64,000 nt of DNA from a virus (taxonomy: Duplodnaviria > Heunggongvirae > Uroviricota > Caudoviricetes): the IMG/VR virus record IMGVR_UViG_3300018050_002226; one strand, given 5' to 3'. Under the pieces are notes generated by a model, which was not told the origin of the DNA, ran no database searches, and was given only the letters and a program-made list of their open reading frames with translations. Positions 9,543 to 19,491 of this stretch are shown one piece after another (position 1 is the first letter of the stretch; every line of letters begins with the position of its first letter). The translations under genes were made by a program, and so were the position numbers.

Positions 9543-9796
9543 TCACACTTATCAAACCCCACAGACCCAACAAAAACTTCCATTCCTAAATAATCTTTAA
9601 TATTTTTCTCTAACATAGCCCTCATCCCTTTTGCAATAAACTCTGGACGAGCCTGAACTTCCCTCATCCATTCCATATCCACCTTGATGATAACTTGAAC
9701 ATCGTCACCTTGTAAAACTAAAAACCCACAGACACCGGGCATTTTTATTTTGTCAACAAAATTTCTCACAAGTTTGAGTTTTTCGTTTTGATTCAT
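9539..9796 (-). CDS. hypothetical protein
   Basis: ORF track. Confidence 0.4.
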   Translation of the reverse strand: MNQNEKLKLVRNFVDKIKMPGVCGFLVLQGDDVQVIIKVDMEWMREVQARPEFIAKGMRAMLEKNIKDYLGMEVFVGSVGFDKCD

Positions 9797-10096
9797 ATCA
9801 ATAAGTATTTATTCAATATGAAATACATTCTCAAAAAAAGTCAAATTAGTCTCTTAATTGAGAATGTTGAAAGTGAATACGAGGTTGCTAAGAGATTTTT
9901 AAAAGGTCTTCCACCTAAATTTCCAAAATGGGTAAAGGGTTATGAATTAACAATTTCAAATAACAATGTAACTTTCACATTAAAAGTTGAACCTAATATT
10001 TTACCAAGTCAAACGGACGAAATTTTAGACGATATCTGGCAAAGAATTTATGTATTTACAGGTGTTCCCGTATCACTTCATTTGGAACGTTTCTGA
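9788..10096 (+). CDS. hypothetical protein
   Basis: ORF track. Confidence 0.4.
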   Translation: MIHINKYLFNMKYILKKSQISLLIENVESEYEVAKRFLKGLPPKFPKWVKGYELTISNNNVTFTLKVEPNILPSQTDEILDDIWQRIYVFTGVPVSLHLERF

Positions 10097-10266
10097 TTTG
10101 GTGGAGTTTTTCTGAAATTCATAACAGGTTTTCCATTGACGGTGGGCATACCGTGTTCATCAACACCTATTGTTTTGACAGTTGTTTTTTTATTCTTGAA
10201 TCTCCCTGTGTAAATGGTCTCACCAACTTTAAGAGGAATGTATATCCCGTCTATTCTTTCTCCCAT
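10078..10266 (-). CDS. hypothetical small basic protein
   Basis: ORF track. Confidence 0.3.
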   Translation of the reverse strand: MGERIDGIYIPLKVGETIYTGRFKNKKTTVKTIGVDEHGMPTVNGKPVMNFRKTPPNQKRSK

Positions 10267-10273
10267 AATAAAA

Positions 10274-10918
10274 TTATTTTACTATCCACCAAGTTCCCCA
10301 AATTTCGGTTGTTACATCTAATTCATATCCGTACTTTTCACAAAATTCATCAACCGCAGGATTAACTCCGAACACACCACTATAATACATTTTACCTCCG
10401 TGGATATTATACATATGTTTGTCTTTTTTATTGGGAAGGAAATTATTATCACCATACCAATCGATATTGATATAATCATGACCCGCAAAAATTCCACCCT
10501 TCTTAACTTTGGGAAACCAAAGTTCTAAATCTTTTTTTACGTGTTCATAGGAATGATTAGCATCAATATAAACAAAATCTAAAGATTCATTTTGGAACAA
10601 ACTTGAAGCGGTTTCGGAGGTAGCTCTTATTAGGTTTGCCCTATCTTCATTCCCCTTTATTACTTCACAGACTTCCATCATATAACCAAGTTGTTCATCA
10701 TCATTGCAAACATCTGTGTATTCTTCTCCGATTTTTCTCCAAATGTCGATTAAGAACATTGTTCCATTATCCCAAAGTCTCAAAATCTCTTTGGAAAGGT
10801 CGCCACGATAAACTCCAACTTCCGCACCAACTCCTTTACCAACAATGTTATTCAGGTCCCAAATCAAATCCAGTCCACCAACATACTTTCTCCTAAATTC
10901 TTTCATATTATTTTTCAT
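10274..10918 (-). CDS. class I SAM-dependent O-methyltransferase, Methyltransf_24/TylF-like
   Basis: EVGVYRG motif I; DFVYIDANHSYEHV and GGIFAGHDY motifs. Confidence 0.7.
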   Translation of the reverse strand: MKNNMKEFRRKYVGGLDLIWDLNNIVGKGVGAEVGVYRGDLSKEILRLWDNGTMFLIDIWRKIGEEYTDVCNDDEQLGYMMEVCEVIKGNEDRANLIRATSETASSLFQNESLDFVYIDANHSYEHVKKDLELWFPKVKKGGIFAGHDYINIDWYGDNNFLPNKKDKHMYNIHGGKMYYSGVFGVNPAVDEFCEKYGYELDVTTEIWGTWWIVK

Positions 10919-11204
10919 TTTGTAAAACAGCTTTCAAAATTTCAATTGACTCTTTATCTTGTTGGGTCTTAATTTTTTTATCCATCAATACTTTTAAACT
11001 ATCCATAAGTTGTTTTTTTCTTTCAGAAAGTTGTTGAGTAACTTTTGTTAAAGGTGCTTCAATTGGACCATAAACAACTTGTGTTGGATTGGTTACTGAT
11101 GATACAAATGTCTTTTTGTGGTAGAGCATTTGATAAATCTCTGCGCTGAGTATTGAATCTTTTATCATCTTTTTGACCATCCAAAATCTGATTATTTCTT
11201 TCAT
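10908..11204 (-). CDS. hypothetical protein
   Basis: ORF track. Confidence 0.4.
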   Translation of the reverse strand: MKEIIRFWMVKKMIKDSILSAEIYQMLYHKKTFVSSVTNPTQVVYGPIEAPLTKVTQQLSERKKQLMDSLKVLMDKKIKTQQDKESIEILKAVLQNEK

Positions 11205-11225
11205 GGGACAAATATACTGAAAAAA

Positions 11226-11825
11226 TCAATATGGATAATCATACCCGAACATTTCAAGATAATCTTTTGCCACATATTTTATATGTTCAATCATATCTTT
11301 TGTATAAAACTCTTTTTCTGCGTCACTGAAAAAAGTACCATTCATTCTTTTTTTACATAAATCATATAAAGCACCTGATTGACATATTTTTGAGTTGTAA
11401 ACGAAAGGAATTTTTATATAATCAGTCCACAGTTGCTCAACTCTAATCGGATAATCAGGTTTTCTATCTTGGAACATGATAAAACCCAAATCAAAGTTTC
11501 GTTCTGACTTTTCATGAAAAAAATTTCTGAAATTTTTGACAGTGAATTCATCTTTATTTGTTAATCTGTACTTGAATTCTGATACAAGTTTTGTGAAAGG
11601 ATTTCTTATGGTACAGATGAATTTGTAGTTATCGTGTCCTGTAAATAAATCCATAGCGTGATTATGACTCAAAAATTTTTCTCTCAAATCACTACCACCA
11701 GTGCTTTTAGTAACAAAATCAAAATGATTGAAAATAAAAGAAGCATGTAACGAACCAGTTTTAGGTGGCATCCACAAAAAGGCTTTGTTTTTTTCTGAAA
11801 TATTTACAGTATAGTTGTTTTTCAT
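11226..11825 (-). CDS. carbohydrate-type sulfotransferase-like protein (paralog of 22159..22758)
   Basis: 5'-PSB-like PPKTGS and 3'-PB-like RNPFTKLVSEF motifs. Confidence 0.6.
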   Translation of the reverse strand: MKNNYTVNISEKNKAFLWMPPKTGSLHASFIFNHFDFVTKSTGGSDLREKFLSHNHAMDLFTGHDNYKFICTIRNPFTKLVSEFKYRLTNKDEFTVKNFRNFFHEKSERNFDLGFIMFQDRKPDYPIRVEQLWTDYIKIPFVYNSKICQSGALYDLCKKRMNGTFFSDAEKEFYTKDMIEHIKYVAKDYLEMFGYDYPY

Positions 11826-13027
11826 ACAAATACTTTTGGAATTTCATCCCAATCTGTCGTAAACTTCTGTGAAATAAACTCCTGTCTCATTTCCCAATTC
11901 TTTTCAACATTTACAGGTGGTTGAACAATTTGTATTGAACTTGAAAACAATGTTGCCTGTTCAACATTCTCAGGCATTAATTCATTGAATATAATTCCAC
12001 ATTTTTTATACCTTTTTCCGTTTTTAAACATTTTTTTAAGGTGTGGATAAATTTGAGACCAAATTTGATTTATATCTCGGGTTTGTTGTTGAAATAATAT
12101 TTGTCTACTCGAATAATGTTTTTCATCCTTGTGTTTATTACCTGCCATGAAAATGGTTGCTCTATTTGGAGATATTCCATTATCTTCCAATTTTTTAACT
12201 CCGTTTTTAACATATGAATACATAGCCTCCGCAATTTGGTCAAAAGAATCAATGTCCTGTCCAAACGAACGTGTCGAGGCCACATTTCTTTTTAATTTTG
12301 GGACAGGTTGAATGGGATGACAATACATTCCAAGGATTTCCATTTTTGTTTTTAGACCGTTCACATTCATCATTTTTCTAACAAGTCCATCATTCAACAT
12401 AACAAATTGACCGATACTTTCAACACCAATCATTTTTAATTTCTTTGACCACTTTCTACCAATCCCCCAAACTTCGTCAACTGAAATATTATAAAGTGAA
12501 TTTCTAAAATTTTGTAAATTCCAATAAGAACAAACCCCATCATATGATGGTTGTTTTTTTGCAATGTGTGAAGTTAGTTTAGCTAAAGTTTTATTTGGTC
12601 CTACTCCAATTGAAACGGGAATACCTGTAAGTCTTTTAACTTCATTTCTTATTAGGTGTAGTCGGTCTAACAACTCTTCTGATGGGATGTTCGAGAAATC
12701 GACAAAACATTCATCAATTGAATACACTTCAACTTCATTCGCATACTTTTTTATGACCGTCATTACTCGGTCTGACATATCTCCGTATAGATTGTAATTA
12801 GAAGAATATACACAGAACCTGTGTTCTTCCATAAAATCCTTTTTTTGGAAGAATGGTTCACCCATCTTTATTCCGAGGTCTTTAGCTTCTTGCGAACGTG
12901 CAATTACACATCCATCGTTGTTTGATAATACGACAGTTGGTTTTCCGATTGATACGGGATTAAATACTCTTTCGCAACTTACATAGAAATTGTTACAGTC
13001 TACAATACCAATCTTTTTATTTTCCAT
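11822..13027 (-). CDS. umuC: Y-family translesion DNA polymerase, UmuC-like
   Basis: near-colinear match to UmuC N-terminus: VDCNNFYVSCERVF..KPTVVLSNNDGCVIARS..SSNYNLYGDMSDRVM..YSIDECF. Confidence 0.9.
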   Translation of the reverse strand: MENKKIGIVDCNNFYVSCERVFNPVSIGKPTVVLSNNDGCVIARSQEAKDLGIKMGEPFFQKKDFMEEHRFCVYSSNYNLYGDMSDRVMTVIKKYANEVEVYSIDECFVDFSNIPSEELLDRLHLIRNEVKRLTGIPVSIGVGPNKTLAKLTSHIAKKQPSYDGVCSYWNLQNFRNSLYNISVDEVWGIGRKWSKKLKMIGVESIGQFVMLNDGLVRKMMNVNGLKTKMEILGMYCHPIQPVPKLKRNVASTRSFGQDIDSFDQIAEAMYSYVKNGVKKLEDNGISPNRATIFMAGNKHKDEKHYSSRQILFQQQTRDINQIWSQIYPHLKKMFKNGKRYKKCGIIFNELMPENVEQATLFSSSIQIVQPPVNVEKNWEMRQEFISQKFTTDWDEIPKVFV

Positions 13028-13239
13028 CAGTAATAAACAATTATTTCCCCAGAATTGTGTGCAGGGACCTCAAAATTATAACCATTTTTTCTCAAAATGT
13101 CTACAACCAACTGGCTCATTTTATCAGACTTACCAGTGATGATTTTAACAGGAAATTTTGGTTCATTTAAGAACAAAAAATTCTTAACTTCCAACTCTAC
13201 ATCGTGATGAAGAAACCCGTGAAGGTCTAGCTTCTCCAT
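13027..13239 (-). CDS. stand-alone Smr domain protein
   Basis: LDLHG ... IITGKS motifs. Confidence 0.6.
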   Translation of the reverse strand: MEKLDLHGFLHHDVELEVKNFLFLNEPKFPVKIITGKSDKMSQLVVDILRKNGYNFEVPAHNSGEIIVYY

Positions 13240-13451
13240 AGTTTAGCGTTTTTATAAAACCAAAAAATATGGATTGTCATTACGGTTAGATTTACAACGA
13301 TTAATGGTCCGTCCATTTTTATCAAACCATAAATCGCCCAAGTGGATGTTGCCAAAAAGTTTGTAACTCTTAATCGGAGCATGTCTTTGAAAAGGAATGA
13401 ACCAATGACAAGTGCAGTTGCAACCCAACCAATCAAATCAACTAAATTCAT
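13227..13451 (-). CDS. small two-TM membrane protein
   Basis: hydrophobic segments. Confidence 0.4.
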   Translation of the reverse strand: MNLVDLIGWVATALVIGSFLFKDMLRLRVTNFLATSTWAIYGLIKMDGPLIVVNLTVMTIHIFWFYKNAKLWRS

Positions 13452-14053
13452 ATTTTGTATTTTAATTTTGAATAAGTTCGTTTCATAACACTCTTTACCT
13501 TTTCGAGGTATATCATTCTATCATTTTGTCCAACAAAAGGAACCGACCAAAATTGAACAACTTTTTGTCTGAACCAACCAAAACAAAATGAATAGACACC
13601 CATAACAAGTCTTAATTTTACTGAATTGAGATAGATTGTGTGTACAGGAAATGCGGGTGCTCCATGCGTCAAAAATGTTATGACTTTTTTATCTTTTAAT
13701 AGTGGAATTGGAATTCCATATTCCTTTGTTATTGGTCTAAACTTGTAGGCAAAGCCTGGTGTAAGAACTTTATCAAAAAATCCTTCAATCATCGGTGTCA
13801 ATCGGAACCACCAAACGGGTGAAGTTATTACAATAATATCAGCCTCACTGATAAGTTCTTGATACTCCAAAACTAACTGTTGGTTTCTTTCTGTTTCATT
13901 TTCTCTGATTATTGGTTCAAAATCCTCTTCATACAAATCAATGTTGATTACTGATATGTCCGAACTTGTTAATGAGAACTCACTAACAGTTTTATGGATT
14001 GCATGATTGAAACTGTTTTTATTGGGATGGCCAATGATGTTTAGTATTTTCAT
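13448..14053 (-). CDS. flavodoxin-like NAD(P)H:quinone oxidoreductase (KefF/MdaB-like)
   Basis: MKILNIIGHPNKNSF ... ITSPVWWF ... FAY motifs. Confidence 0.65.
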   Translation of the reverse strand: MKILNIIGHPNKNSFNHAIHKTVSEFSLTSSDISVINIDLYEEDFEPIIRENETERNQQLVLEYQELISEADIIVITSPVWWFRLTPMIEGFFDKVLTPGFAYKFRPITKEYGIPIPLLKDKKVITFLTHGAPAFPVHTIYLNSVKLRLVMGVYSFCFGWFRQKVVQFWSVPFVGQNDRMIYLEKVKSVMKRTYSKLKYKI

Positions 14054-14054
14054 T

Positions 14055-14372
14055 TTATAATTTATTTAAAATCCAATTTACCCTTCCCCACACATTTGTT
14101 TGTCCTTCAAACTTTCTAATGATAAAGTGTGACTTCTCAGTTAACACAACCAAATCATCCGTCTGTGGCTCAATAGAACGGTCTATAACGAGGATATTTC
14201 CTGTCTTAACTCCAAGTGTGTTTGGACCCATATAACGGAAATAAAAGGTCGTAAATGTGTTCTGAATGATTAAATCATTAAGGTCAAGTCGTTTGTCCAC
14301 ATAAGACTCGGCAGGTGAGGCAAAACCTGTGGTTCTTGACTTGATTTGAAGGTCTTGTGTTAGGGCACTCAT
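14055..14372 (-). CDS. umuD: UmuD'-like polymerase V accessory subunit (short N-arm, Ser nucleophile replaced)
   Basis: GFASPAESYVDKRLDLNDLIIQ aligns with UmuD GFPSPAADYVEQRIDLNQLLIQ; GDSM replaced by GPNT. Confidence 0.7.
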   Translation of the reverse strand: MSALTQDLQIKSRTTGFASPAESYVDKRLDLNDLIIQNTFTTFYFRYMGPNTLGVKTGNILVIDRSIEPQTDDLVVLTEKSHFIIRKFEGQTNVWGRVNWILNKL

Positions 14373-14430
14373 AATACAAAAATAAATCTTATTCTTTTAA
14401 TTTCAAAATTTTTTATTTAATCTTGTAATT

Positions 14431-14694
14431 ATGATTATGGAAACAGAAAAAACCCTTGTGATAAAGGACGTACCACAAAGCCAAGTATGTATGAATTGTA
14501 AATCTTGTCTTCGCATGAGACTTATGGAGATGGGAGTTGTACCTGGACAAAAAATTCGGCTGAAACAATATCAGAAATCTTTGTGGACACTCACAATCCT
14601 TGAAAATGACAATCCAATCTCAACGTATGGACTAAGAGAAGATGAGATTGAAAGAATTTTATTAGATGAAGAATGTATTGTATCTCTCGCTTGA
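14431..14694 (+). CDS. hypothetical protein
   Basis: ORF track. Confidence 0.4.
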   Translation: MIMETEKTLVIKDVPQSQVCMNCKSCLRMRLMEMGVVPGQKIRLKQYQKSLWTLTILENDNPISTYGLREDEIERILLDEECIVSLA

Positions 14695-14721
14695 TATTTA
14701 TCCTTATAAAAACATTTCAAT

Positions 14722-15087
14722 ATGACAATAGCAATAATTTTAATTTCAATTTTAGCAATCAGCGGTTTGGTTTACTTTCTTAGAAGAAAACCCGCTAAGA
14801 AAGATTGGGGATTTGTACCTTACACTCCTACCACTCCTAACACCCCTACAGAAACACCCGAGGTACCATCAGAGGGCGAAATGCCAATCAAGCCCGAACC
14901 CATAGATTGTCAAAAAGCAACTTTTAGACCAGCACCTGAGGATTTCTTCTATGTAGATTGCTGTGGTAAACCTAAAAAGGGAGAAGGATTTCAACCTTGG
15001 GAAAAGAAACCACCAGTTTCAATAGATGTAAACAAACCATTCATGGGAATGGATTTGATAGGTGAACCTGGTGACAGTGATTGTTAA
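14722..15087 (+). CDS. membrane-anchored Pro/Thr-rich protein
   Basis: N-terminal TM helix, PT-rich linker. Confidence 0.5.
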   Translation: MTIAIILISILAISGLVYFLRRKPAKKDWGFVPYTPTTPNTPTETPEVPSEGEMPIKPEPIDCQKATFRPAPEDFFYVDCCGKPKKGEGFQPWEKKPPVSIDVNKPFMGMDLIGEPGDSDC

Positions 15088-15092
15088 ATCAA

Positions 15093-15118
15093 AACCCTCG
15101 AATTGAGGGTTTTTTTTA
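15093..15118 (+). terminator. rho-independent terminator (AACCCTCGAATTGAGGGTT + T7)
   Basis: seen in sequence between convergent genes. Confidence 0.55.
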
Positions 15119-15517
15119 TGTTAATTTGTAAGTTTTGAGATTTCGAATTAAGTAACCAATTGTCGCTGTGAGTAAAATGATTATTGGTGCTTCCATTCCT
15201 TTACCTTGTAAATGTGAAAGATGAAATGAAATAGCACCTCCCATTATAATACCCAATAAAAAAATTCCAATCAGAGATGTTCTAGGTAGAATAATGAGAA
15301 TTGATATCACTATTTCTAAAATACCAACTAATATTCTGATATGGTCTATTTTAGTAGCTTTGAAAATTTCTATAGTTTGATAAAGACCAAAAATTATACA
15401 AATCCCTGTGAAAATTAAAAAAAGAGAACTTATCAATACTAACAATAAACCGAAATTTTCTAAATTTAATAATTTATCAGAGTTAAAATAACTCAAAATT
15501 TTTTTTACAATTCTCAT
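15116..15517 (-). CDS. polytopic membrane protein, DoxX-like
   Basis: four hydrophobic helices. Confidence 0.45.
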   Translation of the reverse strand: MRIVKKILSYFNSDKLLNLENFGLLLVLISSLFLIFTGICIIFGLYQTIEIFKATKIDHIRILVGILEIVISILIILPRTSLIGIFLLGIIMGGAISFHLSHLQGKGMEAPIIILLTATIGYLIRNLKTYKLT

Positions 15518-15546
15518 ATTTCTTGAAAATAAGTGAGTAACTAGTT

Positions 15547-15957
15547 TTAGTCAAGTTCTCCGAAGACGGCTGCTTTGTGTTGAGGAAAATCTTTAATGAA
15601 TTGTTTCAGAAATATACCTGAAAGAACATTTGCCATGTTCTCCTCGGGTCCACCGATGTTTTGAATTTCAGTGGTGTCCTTCAAACCTAATTTCTGATGT
15701 TGAAACTCATGAACCCACTCGTGTGATAAAGTTCTTAAGATATCAATCAATAGTCTGTCTTTAGCCAATATATGAATGTTGTTTTTCGGTAACCGAACAC
15801 CTGTTGTCATGTTCCCTTCAAGCCTATTTTTCTCGAAAGAGATGTGAGTTTCTTTATTTAGTGGGAGTTGTTTTTGTAAAAATTTGGAAAAGTCTTCCAA
15901 TGTTTTTTTTTCCAAGTCGGAAAAATAATTTTTTGTATTCTTCAACTTCAGTTTCAT
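15547..15957 (-). CDS. hypothetical protein with HEWVH (HExxH) motif
   Basis: motif only. Confidence 0.4.
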   Translation of the reverse strand: MKLKLKNTKNYFSDLEKKTLEDFSKFLQKQLPLNKETHISFEKNRLEGNMTTGVRLPKNNIHILAKDRLLIDILRTLSHEWVHEFQHQKLGLKDTTEIQNIGGPEENMANVLSGIFLKQFIKDFPQHKAAVFGELD

Positions 15958-15968
15958 AACTATAAATA

Positions 15969-17060
15969 TTAGTTCTGTAGAAGTTCTTCTGTTTTTTTCA
16001 ACGCCTGTGCAATGATTTGGTGCATGTCGTAATAAACGTATCTTGCTAAACGTCCACCGAATATGAATTTGGTTTCATTGTTTGCAAGATTTTCATATTT
16101 GAGATAGATTTTTGTATTTTCCTCATCTCTTATAGGATAAAAGGGTTCATTACGACCAGTATAGTTTGTTGGATATTCATAACTTACGATTGTGCCCTTT
16201 TGTTTTTGGTAGTCAAACCATTTGTGTTCAAGTATTCTAGTATATGGTGTTTCTTCGTCAGTATAATTGACAACAGGTACACCTTGATGATTATCAGTTT
16301 CTAAAGTGTGAGTAGACCATTCCAAACTCCTGTAGCCTAATTTTCCAAATTCGTAATTGTAGAATTTGTCGATGGGTCCAGTGTAAATTATTTTATCAGC
16401 AATTTGGTCGAAGTATTCTTTGTTCTCGAAGTAATCTGTGGAAGTTCTTACCTCAACTCCCTCTAACATTTTTTCAAAGATTTGAGTATATCCTCCAACA
16501 GGTATACCTGTGTATTTGTCATCAAAATAATTTGAGTCCCAAGTATATCTTACAGGTAATCTTTTAATTATTGATGGTGGTAAATTTTCACAAGAGGTGT
16601 TCCATTGTTTTTCAGTGTAACCTCTTATTAATTTTTCGAAGATGTCAAAACCCACCATTGAGATTGCCTGTTCTTTCAAATTAGTAATTTTACCTGAAAA
16701 AGACTGGCCTTTTATAATTTGACTGGCCTCTTCAGGAGAATTTACACCCCAAAGTTGATTGAATGTCCACATATTGAATGGTAAGGTGAACATTTGACCT
16801 TTATAATTTGCAATTACATTATGACAATACTGTTTGAAGTAAGCGAATTGGTTTACGTAATTCCATATTTTGTCATCGTTGGTATGAAAGATATGAGCAC
16901 CGTATTGATGAACGTGTATTCCATTTTGGTTTGAGGTATAACAATTTCCCGCGATATGATTTCTTTTATCTATGACCAAACATTTTTTTCCCGCCTTGTT
17001 CAGTTCATATGCGCAAACGGACCCAAAAGGGCCCGCTCCGACTATCAAAAAATCATACAT
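15969..17060 (-). CDS. glf: UDP-galactopyranose mutase
   Basis: FAD-binding GAGPFGS N-terminus; length and conserved blocks typical of Glf. Confidence 0.9.
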   Translation of the reverse strand: MYDFLIVGAGPFGSVCAYELNKAGKKCLVIDKRNHIAGNCYTSNQNGIHVHQYGAHIFHTNDDKIWNYVNQFAYFKQYCHNVIANYKGQMFTLPFNMWTFNQLWGVNSPEEASQIIKGQSFSGKITNLKEQAISMVGFDIFEKLIRGYTEKQWNTSCENLPPSIIKRLPVRYTWDSNYFDDKYTGIPVGGYTQIFEKMLEGVEVRTSTDYFENKEYFDQIADKIIYTGPIDKFYNYEFGKLGYRSLEWSTHTLETDNHQGVPVVNYTDEETPYTRILEHKWFDYQKQKGTIVSYEYPTNYTGRNEPFYPIRDEENTKIYLKYENLANNETKFIFGGRLARYVYYDMHQIIAQALKKTEELLQN

Positions 17061-18212
17061 TTAGAATTCGAATTTGAAACTTGAATTATCTATGATAGGA
17101 GTTTCCATCCTTTTAATTATTTTTTCTCTATATTCAAACAAATAATTACTTGTGTTCGCATAAGCTCTATCCTCAATTAAGAAAGAAGAGTTAGGGAAAG
17201 GATTTTTTCTTTCAGGTTGAACCATATATTCAATATTTTTCAATATCTCATCAAATCTCTCTAATTTTTCCAAAATGAAATTTGCATATATTAAGTGTTC
17301 ATTTCTGTTGGGTGCGAACTCTCCAGCTTTATTCATGTATTGGAGGGATTTTTCAATTTCACCCATAAATTCATACGCGTGAGCCATCATTATTAGTGCG
17401 AAATATCCCATTTCATCAAGTCTTGTTACACTTTTGGTAATATCCCATTGGAAATTATATTCGAACCATCTATCGTAATACCAAACACTTCTTCTAGCAT
17501 ATTCGTCAGCGTGTTTTTTTCCGAAAGGAAGTTGTGAAAAGTCTCCGTAACAATCAGAGTAACTTTTTGCAATATACCACAAATGATAAGGGTCCTCAAG
17601 GACGGTGTTACCAACCACCTTGTCCATTTCAAGTTCCAACGCATCTTTGAGAAACTTTCTCGGTGCAGCCCATGTTTCACCGTCCTGAGATACAAGATGC
17701 CTAAAACCACTCGGCATTGTAATTCTTACAAATCCTTCACCAATTTCGGGAAGATGAATTGTTTCATGACGTTTATCGTGTTGGAAGAACCATGGTCTTT
17801 TAGCATTCCAAAACCAAGTTCTGAGATATCTTAGTTCACCATTCTGAGCAACCATGTTGAAACTGTCTATTGATGTATCTTCCAAGACACTCCAATCAAA
17901 ATCAGGGTCAACGTGTAACCTTTCGTCAGCGTCCATTCTTAGAATCCAATCACATCCATGGTCAGACTTCAAACATGTTTGTAAGGTGTGGTCTCTATTC
18001 CAACCAGGAAAATTCCATTCAATTTGATAAGTAAAACCAGGTTTGTTTTTACTATTGAAAAAATCTTGAATAATTTTTTCTGTGTTGTCATTTCCATTAC
18101 ATTGGATAACCCAATAGTCAATGTACGGTTCAGCGGATTCTAACATCCTCAAAATGGTTTTGGACTCATTTCCAACCATTGCATTCAAACAAATTTTTGT
18201 TTTCTTACTCAT
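17061..18212 (-). CDS. family 2 glycosyltransferase (candidate galactofuranosyltransferase)
   Basis: NESKTILRMLES; RMDADERL (DxD); adjacent to glf. Confidence 0.6.
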   Translation of the reverse strand: MSKKTKICLNAMVGNESKTILRMLESAEPYIDYWVIQCNGNDNTEKIIQDFFNSKNKPGFTYQIEWNFPGWNRDHTLQTCLKSDHGCDWILRMDADERLHVDPDFDWSVLEDTSIDSFNMVAQNGELRYLRTWFWNAKRPWFFQHDKRHETIHLPEIGEGFVRITMPSGFRHLVSQDGETWAAPRKFLKDALELEMDKVVGNTVLEDPYHLWYIAKSYSDCYGDFSQLPFGKKHADEYARRSVWYYDRWFEYNFQWDITKSVTRLDEMGYFALIMMAHAYEFMGEIEKSLQYMNKAGEFAPNRNEHLIYANFILEKLERFDEILKNIEYMVQPERKNPFPNSSFLIEDRAYANTSNYLFEYREKIIKRMETPIIDNSSFKFEF

Positions 18213-19452
18213 AAATGTAGTTCATTACTTCTTCTTCTTTGTAATACTTTCTAATGGGAACTCTGTTTTGAAATCTTTGTGAATGTTTTGTTTCTTCATC
18301 CCAATTCCAATCTTTGAACCCAAGCTCAAGTATACGGTTATGAATTGCCTCATCATAATAATCTCTTATGAGACGGGCTCTTCGGTTTATATCTGTTGCA
18401 TTATTATCAACTGTGCTATTTCTATTGTTGTATTGTAAGTACAAGCATTTTTTTACGTGTATAATTCTTGTATGAAGAAAACTTCTTATAATAATTTCAA
18501 AGTCATCAGCAACGGGCGTTGTCTTGTTATGACCTCCGATTGAATGATAGAAATTCCTTTCCCACATCCTTACATGGTTCGGCATTGAAATATTGAATCT
18601 AATAGATAAAGGATTGATATCTGGATACCAATGAGCCAATATATCCGTTCCGTCTACTTTCACCCAACTATGTCCCGCATAACCGAAATCAAAATAGTTG
18701 TCGTGGCGGGCATACCAATTTCCTGTCCAATCATGGTCATAATGTTTCATTTCACCATCATCGTAAAGCTCAGCGACGTCTGAATATAAAAACCCAGAAT
18801 CAGGATGTTTTTCTATTGCAGCATTACAAGTTGATAAACAATCACTTGTCAAATAATCATCATGGTCTAATTCAACCAACCAGTCTCCATCACTGAGAGA
18901 AGCCGCTCTGTTCTTAGCTAATCCAACAATTCCACCCGAAGTGGGATAAATTCTATGAAGCTTTACTCTATAATCTTTTTTTGAGATTTCAACGAGTAAT
19001 TTCCAAGTTTCCTCATCAGGAGAGTCGTCAACAACAACCCATTCCCAATTAGTCCATTTTTGATTTTGAAGACTTTTATAGGTTCTTTTAATTCTTTCAC
19101 CTGTTTTGTAAACAGGAGTAAAAATTGAAAACCTTGGTCTTTGAACTTCACAAGATTTATAAACCGCGTTTTTCACTATTTCATTTGCAAGTTCATAATC
19201 ATTAAGAGGTTCATCAAAATGTGAATGTATTCTTTGTAATTGATAATGTGGTAAATCTATTTTTTTACCGAACGAAATTATTAGGTCTGGTCTATATTTG
19301 GTGTAATCTTCTAACCAACTCGATGAGTCCGGTAAAGAAAAAACCATAACTTCATCCCATAAACCCTCTTCGGTATAGATGTTACTTTCTAAAACTTCTT
19401 CACCTAATTTGTACCATCCGTAGATGATTGCACTTGGCTTTTTTGTAATCAT
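18205..19452 (-). CDS. family 2 glycosyltransferase
   Basis: FTPVYKTGERIKRTYKSL; VVDDSPD; ELDHDDYL. Confidence 0.75.
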   Translation of the reverse strand: MITKKPSAIIYGWYKLGEEVLESNIYTEEGLWDEVMVFSLPDSSSWLEDYTKYRPDLIISFGKKIDLPHYQLQRIHSHFDEPLNDYELANEIVKNAVYKSCEVQRPRFSIFTPVYKTGERIKRTYKSLQNQKWTNWEWVVVDDSPDEETWKLLVEISKKDYRVKLHRIYPTSGGIVGLAKNRAASLSDGDWLVELDHDDYLTSDCLSTCNAAIEKHPDSGFLYSDVAELYDDGEMKHYDHDWTGNWYARHDNYFDFGYAGHSWVKVDGTDILAHWYPDINPLSIRFNISMPNHVRMWERNFYHSIGGHNKTTPVADDFEIIIRSFLHTRIIHVKKCLYLQYNNRNSTVDNNATDINRRARLIRDYYDEAIHNRILELGFKDWNWDEETKHSQRFQNRVPIRKYYKEEEVMNYIYE

Positions 19453-19491
19453 ACAAACACAAGTATAAAATCAATAAAACTATTGTAAATC

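Noticed and set aside
14055-14372. LexA/cI-type repressor annotation for the S24-like ORF
   Set aside because: There is no N-terminal HTH domain. Colinearity is specifically with the UmuD N-arm and core.
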